Position numbers and translations under genes: made by a program
Notes under the pieces: model-generated
The model's database searches: none
Told to the model about the DNA's origin: nothing
Seen by the model: the letters and a program-made list of their open reading frames with translations, nothing else
From: an uncultured delta proteobacterium
Lineage (GTDB): Bacteria; Desulfobacterota; Desulfobacteria; Desulfobacterales; UBA2156
NCBI GenBank assembly: GCA_963698465.1
Contig: CAVOQY010000004.1
Location: forward strand, 227,609-291,608
Reading direction: 5' to 3'
DNA: 64,000 bases
Shown: piece after piece, positions 58,412-64,000 of the stretch
Numbering within the stretch: the stretch's first letter is position 1
How the letters are laid out: each line of letters starts with the position of its first letter

Positions 58412-58830
58412 ATGATTATTTTCGACCTTAAATGCTCCAAAGGACACAGCTTTGAAGGGTGGTTCGAAGACACCCGGGCTTTCGACAAACAGTGCCGGGA
58501 AAACCTCGTCACTTGCCCGGTCTGCGAGGATACCGCTGTCTCCAAAGTGTATTCCCCTTTTGCCATCAAATCTTCGTCTGTGCACAAGGATCCTCTCCCG
58601 GAATCCAAGGAAGTGGAACGGATGGGGAAAAAAATCGCCGAATTCGTCGAGAAGAACTTCGATAACGTGGGGTGTAACTTCGCCACCGAAGCCCTTAAGA
58701 TGCATTACGGCGTCATCGAACCGAGAAACATCCGGGGGTGAGCACGGAGCAGGAAGAAAAGACGCTCAAGGATGAGGGCGTCGATTTTTTCAAGCTTCCG
58801 GTGCTGCCCGCGGAAAAGTCGGACGCTTAG
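58412..58830 (+). pseudogene. DUF1178-family protein with apparent 1-base deletion in G run at 58734-58738
   Basis: MIIFDLKC..GHSFEGWF..CPVC..FDNVG..FATEA..MHYG..RNIRG; adding one G gives VSTEQEEKTLKDEGVDFFKLP..stop at 58830. Confidence 0.8.
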
Positions 58831-59399
58831 GACCGAAAGCCTCGGGACAGGATCCACTCCACCGAACCGAAAAGATCCGGTGCCACATAATCGGCCTGGA
58901 TGCCGCTTTCCATCAGACGCTTTTCCGTTTCAAGACCTATGCCCGTGCGCACCAGAACGGCATACCCACACCCCGCGGCCCGGGCACAGTCGATATCCTT
59001 TTGGCTGTCCCCCACCATGACCGCCTTGGAGAGGTTGATCCCGTAACGCCGCCGTGCATCTAAAATCAGGCCGGGTTTCGGCTTCCGGCAGCCACAGCCG
59101 TCCTCCGGAACGTGAGGACAGTAGAAGACACCCCGGATGTTTCCGCCCTGGAGCCGAATTTCGGAAACCATCTTCCGGTGAAGCGATTCCAGTTCCGTCC
59201 GCGTCATCATCTTCCGGTTGATGACCGACTGGTTCGTGATGACGAACAACTCCTTTCCTCCGGTACACAGACGGACGATGGCCTCCAGGCTTTTCGGAAT
59301 GAAGAAGAACTCCTCCCAGCTTTTTACGTAATGGGGGGAATCCTCGTTGATCACCCCGTCTCGGTCCAGGAAGACGACATTGTCCATCAGATGCGCCAT
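58827..59399 (-). CDS. gmhB: D,D-heptose 1,7-bisphosphate phosphatase
   Basis: FLDRDGVIN, ITNQS, CPH..CGCRKPKPG, MVGDSQKD. Confidence 0.92.
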   Translation of the reverse strand: MAHLMDNVVFLDRDGVINEDSPHYVKSWEEFFFIPKSLEAIVRLCTGGKELFVITNQSVINRKMMTRTELESLHRKMVSEIRLQGGNIRGVFYCPHVPEDGCGCRKPKPGLILDARRRYGINLSKAVMVGDSQKDIDCARAAGCGYAVLVRTGIGLETEKRLMESGIQADYVAPDLFGSVEWILSRGFRS

Positions 59400-59402
59400 C
59401 CC

Positions 59403-60170
59403 CTATTCGGCCACCACGAAAGCCCGGGGGAATCCATTTTGAATCAGATAGGCCTCGTACTTGACGGCTTCCTCCAGATCATGGGTCCGGCCGACCCGAA
59501 TCCTGAAAAAGGTGTTTCGGCCGTCAGAATACTCGGAGATGTGAACATTTTTATAGGTCCGTGAAAGGTTTTGCACCAACTGTTCCGCATTCTTCCGGTC
59601 TGTAAATGCTCCGACCTGGACGGTAAAATTGCCCGAGAAATAGTTGGTCTTCACATAAGAAGTCGACGGGGAAGAGGCTGATGATCGAAGCTCAGGTCTT
59701 CCTATAGCGACGATTTCCACGGGCCCGGTTCCCGGGTCGTGGATTCCGATTTCCCTTGCCGCCCGGGTGCTGAGATCAATAACCCTGTCATGGACGAAAG
59801 GGCCCCGGTCGTTGATCCGCACCGTGATCTCCCGTCCGTTTTCCAAATGCTTCACGCGCACCATGGTACCCAGAGGAAGGGTTTTGTGAGCGGCGGTCAT
59901 GGCGTACATGTCGTAAGGTTCTCCGCTGGACGTGCTTTTTCCGTGGAAATCGTCTCCGTACCAAGAAGCGATCCCCCGCTGCTCAAATCCCTTGGCGTCG
60001 GGAAGAGGCTGATACCATTTCCCCATGACCCGGTAAGGCTTTGGGTATCCAGGAGGCGCTTGAGGCGGCGGGGCGGTACCGCAGGCATGAAGGATCAAAA
60101 GCAGAAATACGGCCGATGAAAGGGCCCAAAACCCCCCGGCCGAAACGCCTCTTTTTCGTGGATTCCCCAT
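59403..60170 (-). CDS. rlpA: Septal ring lytic transglycosylase RlpA (DPBB + SPOR), lipoprotein
   Basis: Lipobox LHAC, GIASWYG, TAAHKTLP, VRINDRGP, IDLS; SPOR VQVGAF. Confidence 0.93.
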   Translation of the reverse strand: MGNPRKRGVSAGGFWALSSAVFLLLILHACGTAPPPQAPPGYPKPYRVMGKWYQPLPDAKGFEQRGIASWYGDDFHGKSTSSGEPYDMYAMTAAHKTLPLGTMVRVKHLENGREITVRINDRGPFVHDRVIDLSTRAAREIGIHDPGTGPVEIVAIGRPELRSSASSPSTSYVKTNYFSGNFTVQVGAFTDRKNAEQLVQNLSRTYKNVHISEYSDGRNTFFRIRVGRTHDLEEAVKYEAYLIQNGFPRAFVVAE

Positions 60171-60172
60171 AG

Positions 60173-62515
60173 CTATTTTTGGAGGGCCTGCTTGATCACA
60201 TCCATCATTTTATCGGCGAACTGGAATTGAATCTGACGGTGGACTTTTTTCGGAATGTCCTCCAGGTCCTTCTTGTTCTGCCTCGGCAGGATCACCGTCT
60301 GAATTTTCATCCGATGTGCAGCCAGAACTTTTTCCTTCACCCCCCCTACCGGGAGGACCTGACCCCTCAGGGTGATTTCCCCGGTCATGGCCAGGTCCCT
60401 TTTGACCGTCTTCCCGGTCAGAAGCGATGCTAGGGCGGTAAGCAGGGTGACGCCGGCCGAAGGTCCGTCCTTGGGAATGGCGCCGGCCGGGATATGGATG
60501 TGCAGGTCCATCTTCGCGTAAAATTCCTCGTCGATTCCGAGCTCTGAGGCATGGGTTCGAATGAAACTCAAGGCCGTGGTGGCGGATTCCTTCATGACGT
60601 CCCCCAGGTGCCCGGTGAGAATCAGGCCGCCTTTTCCCTTCATGGCGGTGGCCTCCACGAACAGGATCTCCCCCCCGGTCTGCGTCCAGGCCAGGCCTGT
60701 CGCGACCCCCGGGTTCTGGATCCGGGCGGTTTCTTCGGCCGTGTATCGCGCAGGGCCCAGGTACCGGGAGATGTCTTTGACCCGGACGAAAAGGGACTCG
60801 GACTCCCCTTGGGCAATCCGGGTGGCCACCTGGCGGCAGACGGCGGCGATTTCACGTTCGAGATTCCGCAATCCCGCTTCCCGCGTGTAATCGGAGATGA
60901 TCCGACGGAGGGTCCCCTTGGAAAAAGCGATCTGTTTTGCCGTAAGCCCATGGGCGTCCCGCTGGCGGGGAACCAGATACTTCTGGGCAATTTTAATCTT
61001 TTCGTCCTCCGTGTAGCCGAGCAACCCGAGCACTTCCATGCGATCGAGCAACGGCGGAGGGATGGTATCCAAAATGTTGGCCGTGGTGATGAACATCACC
61101 TTTGACAGGTCAAAGGGGACATCGAGATAGTGGTCCGAAAAGGAAAAATTCTGCTCCGGATCCAGCACTTCCAGGAGCGCCGACGAGGGATCTCCCCTGA
61201 AGTCACTTCCCAATTTGTCGATTTCGTCGAGCATGAAGACCGGGTTGTTGGACTCGCATCGGCGAATCCCCTGGATAATCCGGCCGGGAAGCGCCCCCAC
61301 GTAAGTCCTGCGGTGACCCCGGATTTCCGCCTCGTCCCGCACACCCCCCAGTGAAATCCGGTGAAATTTCCGGCCTATCGCCCTGGCAATGGACCGCCCC
61401 AGGGAGGTCTTGCCGGTTCCGGGAGGTCCGGCGAAGCAGAGGATGGGGCCCTTGGAGTCCGGTTTGAGCTTTCGGACCGCCAGATATTCGACGATGCGTT
61501 TTTTAGCCTTTTCCAGCCCGAAATGGTCTTCGTCCAGGATCTTTTTGGCTTTCTTGATGTCCAGGACATCCTCGGTGCTTTCCCTCCACGGAAGGGAAAC
61601 CAGCCAATCCAGGTAAGTGGAAGCCACCGTATATTCCGAAGAGGAGGGGTGCATGCGGGCCAGACGGTTCAACTCCCGATCGGCTTCCTTCCGGGCTTCT
61701 TGAGGAAGGTTTTTCTCCTCGATCTTGGCCCGGTACTCTTCCACTTCGAACTTGGTCTCGTCCTTTTCTCCCAGCTCCTCCTGGATGGCCTTCAGCTGCT
61801 GGCGCAGGTAATAGTCCCGCTGCTGCTTGTCCATCCCTTCTTTGACCTGGCTTTGAATTTTATTCCCCAGTTCCAGGATGTCTTTCTGGCGGGTGGCCTG
61901 CCGCAAGACCTCCTTGAGCCGCCGCCTCACATCAAGGATTTCCAGGACGCGCTGCTTTTCTTCCAGGGAGGAGTTGATGGTGGAGGTGACCATATCCGCC
62001 AGGGTTCCGGATTCCTGGATGGACTTGGCCATCTGTGCCAGTTCCGGAGGGAGGCCGGGGGAGAGTTCCACGATGCGAAGAAAAAGACCGACGAGGTTGG
62101 CCATCAGAGCCTCGATCTCCTTATCCTTCTTGTTGTCCTCCTGGATGTGCTCGACGCGGGCCTGGAGATACGGCTTTCCTTCAATAAATTCCTTGACCTT
62201 GAACCGTCGCATACCCTGAACCAAAAGCTGCGCCCGGTTCTCGTCGGGTTTGGCCATCTTGAGGATCAGGGCGCTGGTTCCCACCCGGTGGAGGTCTTCG
62301 GGGCCGTATTTGTCTTTGGAGGCCTGCTTGGACACCAGAAGGCCGAAGATGCGGTCATTGGCCATGGCTTCATCGATGAGCCGGATGGAATCCTCCTGCA
62401 TCACCATCAGCGGAAGAACCATCTTCGGAAAAAGGGCGGCATCGAAAAGAGGAAGGATGGGCAGGATTTCGGGCAGCTTGTCGACGTTTACATCAATGGG
62501 CTGTTGTTCGGCCAT
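60173..62515 (-). CDS. lon: ATP-dependent protease La
   Basis: [44 protein letters not shown]. Confidence 0.97.
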   Translation of the reverse strand: MAEQQPIDVNVDKLPEILPILPLFDAALFPKMVLPLMVMQEDSIRLIDEAMANDRIFGLLVSKQASKDKYGPEDLHRVGTSALILKMAKPDENRAQLLVQGMRRFKVKEFIEGKPYLQARVEHIQEDNKKDKEIEALMANLVGLFLRIVELSPGLPPELAQMAKSIQESGTLADMVTSTINSSLEEKQRVLEILDVRRRLKEVLRQATRQKDILELGNKIQSQVKEGMDKQQRDYYLRQQLKAIQEELGEKDETKFEVEEYRAKIEEKNLPQEARKEADRELNRLARMHPSSSEYTVASTYLDWLVSLPWRESTEDVLDIKKAKKILDEDHFGLEKAKKRIVEYLAVRKLKPDSKGPILCFAGPPGTGKTSLGRSIARAIGRKFHRISLGGVRDEAEIRGHRRTYVGALPGRIIQGIRRCESNNPVFMLDEIDKLGSDFRGDPSSALLEVLDPEQNFSFSDHYLDVPFDLSKVMFITTANILDTIPPPLLDRMEVLGLLGYTEDEKIKIAQKYLVPRQRDAHGLTAKQIAFSKGTLRRIISDYTREAGLRNLEREIAAVCRQVATRIAQGESESLFVRVKDISRYLGPARYTAEETARIQNPGVATGLAWTQTGGEILFVEATAMKGKGGLILTGHLGDVMKESATTALSFIRTHASELGIDEEFYAKMDLHIHIPAGAIPKDGPSAGVTLLTALASLLTGKTVKRDLAMTGEITLRGQVLPVGGVKEKVLAAHRMKIQTVILPRQNKKDLEDIPKKVHRQIQFQFADKMMDVIKQALQK

Positions 62516-62725
62516 GATTGCTTCTGATTCGACCTCCAATCGAGTTTCAAGAAAACGACCTCTAACATGAGGATCTTTCCCCGGAGGGGGTGCTTTTCAT
62601 CTGCATCGACTTCGATCCTTGCAATTCCTCTTTTGCCCTGAGGCGATCGAGGTATATCTCTTTACCCTCTCTATCCAATTGTATTCAAAACAGGAAGGCG
62701 GGTTTTTGGATCCCCGGGGGTCACG

Positions 62726-63178
62726 CTATCCTTCCGAGACAGGGACCCTGCGGGTCATGTCCCGGGGGATTTTGGCCAGATGGATCCGAAGCAAACCGTT
62801 GCTAAAGGCTGCACTCACCGTTTCGGTGTCGATGGGCGCCGGAAGGAAAAGGACCCTCTCGAATCGTCCGTACTGGATCTCGGCCAGCCGGTAGGTGCTC
62901 TTGCCAACCCTGGACAGGCACGGTCGGTTCCCATGGATTTTGACGGCCTTGCTGTTGATCTCCACCTCCAGCTGATCCTTTTCCACGCCCGCCAGTTCCG
63001 CCAGAATGATGATTTCTTCGGGGGTCTCGTAGATATCCATCTGGGGAACCCAGCTTCGTTCCGAAGTTCCGAACATGGGGCTGACCTGTCTGGGCCGGAA
63101 AATGTCCTGGAACGCGCTCTCAAAATGGGCGCTCAATCGCTCCAGGTTGTCCCCGAAGCGGATCTTGATGTAGTCCAT
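62726..63178 (-). CDS. Hsp20/alpha-crystallin small heat shock protein
   Basis: AAGGAG RBS; WVPQMDIYET, ELAGV, EIQYGRFER, FSNGLL; upstream of lon. Confidence 0.9.
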   Translation of the reverse strand: MDYIKIRFGDNLERLSAHFESAFQDIFRPRQVSPMFGTSERSWVPQMDIYETPEEIIILAELAGVEKDQLEVEINSKAVKIHGNRPCLSRVGKSTYRLAEIQYGRFERVLFLPAPIDTETVSAAFSNGLLRIHLAKIPRDMTRRVPVSEG

Positions 63179-63416
63179 CCCGTTCTCCTTGCAACCGTCG
63201 AGTCCACAGCATTTAGGTTTTTGATAAAATAGCATCGTTTCAAGGGTTTGTAAAGGAGGACCCGCAAGATAACAGACAAAAGGCTCCTCTTCCCGTGCCC
63301 CTGGGGATGGAAGACTGCACACTGCCAGGAATTTAAACGTCATTGACCCTTCCGGCTTCCAAGCGCCCTCGACCTTCTTCCTTGCATTGAAGAAGAGAAT
63401 GCCGTATCTCCCGGCC

Positions 63417-64000
63417 ATGGATCCTTCCGCATCCGGTTCCGGACGGCTGGCGCTCGGCTTTCAGTATTTCCTTCATTTCGCCGTCATGGGGATTGTGCTT
63501 CCCTATTTCAACCTCTACTGCTTTCACATCGGTTTGACGGGATTTGAAATCGGAACCCTCTCGGCCCTGCGTTCCGTATCCCTGGTCTTGTTTTCACTGC
63601 TTTGGAGCGCATTGGCCGACCGGTATTCGGCGCGAAGGCCCCTGTACATCCTTTGTCTTTTCACCAGCACCGGCATTTGGTCTCTTTACCTGTTCACCAT
63701 CGAATTCTGGAAACTTTTGGCCATCACCCTTCTTTACGGCATTTTCTATTCCCCCGTCATTTCTTTCCTGGAAACCTTCACCCTGGAGGCGCTGGGTGCG
63801 GAAAAAAAGCGCTACGGATCCATCCGGGCCTGGGGTTCCCTTGCTTTTATCGCAGTGGTCGTTTTGATGGGGAAACTCATCGACCGCCACAGCATCGATA
63901 TCATCCTGGTCCTGGTCTTGCTGGGGGCCGGTCTTCAGAGCCTGGCCTCCCTGGGAGTCCCGAAAACCAGAAGGCCCCGACCTCAAGCCGCCGCCTTTTT
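63417..64000 (+). CDS. MFS transporter (HcaT/MFS_1-like), 3' end outside window
   Basis: Not in ORF track; frame from ATG 63417 reads QYFLHFAVMGIVLPYFNLY..IGTLSAL..WSALADR..YGSIRAWGSLAF. Confidence 0.85.
   Translation, partial: MDPSASGSGRLALGFQYFLHFAVMGIVLPYFNLYCFHIGLTGFEIGTLSALRSVSLVLFSLLWSALADRYSARRPLYILCLFTSTGIWSLYLFTIEFWKLLAITLLYGIFYSPVISFLETFTLEALGAEKKRYGSIRAWGSLAFIAVVVLMGKLIDRHSIDIILVLVLLGAGLQSLASLGVPKTRRPRPQAAAF

Noticed and set aside
58739-58741. TGA in the DUF1178 gene as possible selenocysteine or readthrough
   Set aside because: The conserved continuation is in a different frame, so it is an indel and not in-frame recoding.
63179-63416. CIRCE or sigma32 element upstream of hsp20-lon (also checked upstream of dnaJ)
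   Set aside because: No TTAGCACTC-N9-GAGTGCTAA or convincing CTTGAA..CCCCAT found by eye.

Overview
GC-rich bacterial chromosomal window. Gene content (ahbC-hemB-ahbD heme route, hypE, hsp20-lon, thrH) suggests an anaerobic Desulfobacterota/deltaproteobacterial genome; this is inference, not a database result. It holds about 60 mostly housekeeping CDS covering peptidoglycan and division, LPS heptose, tRNA/ribosome modification, amino-acid/nucleotide/NAD synthesis and proteostasis. There are three tRNAs (fMet, His, Arg-UCG) and a patchwork accessory stretch at about 12.3-24.4 kb downstream of tRNA-fMet. No integrase, transposase, CRISPR array or rRNA was seen. The most striking unexplained structure is in the 36.0-36.35 kb intergenic gap. 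It carries a full sigma54-type architecture (two phased palindromes, an IHF consensus, a -24/-12 box) driving a predicted ~63-nt RNA that is anti-Shine-Dalgarno/anti-start-codon and ends in an intrinsic terminator. Other candidates are a divergent RelA/SpoT-synthetase-like protein (17854-19083), a WecA-type transferase fused to a 4TM+Rossmann module, a motif-degenerate YchF paralog and a small phospholipase-A2-like protein. Three apparent single-base indels (clpX-like, DUF1178, thrH tail) may be assembly errors.
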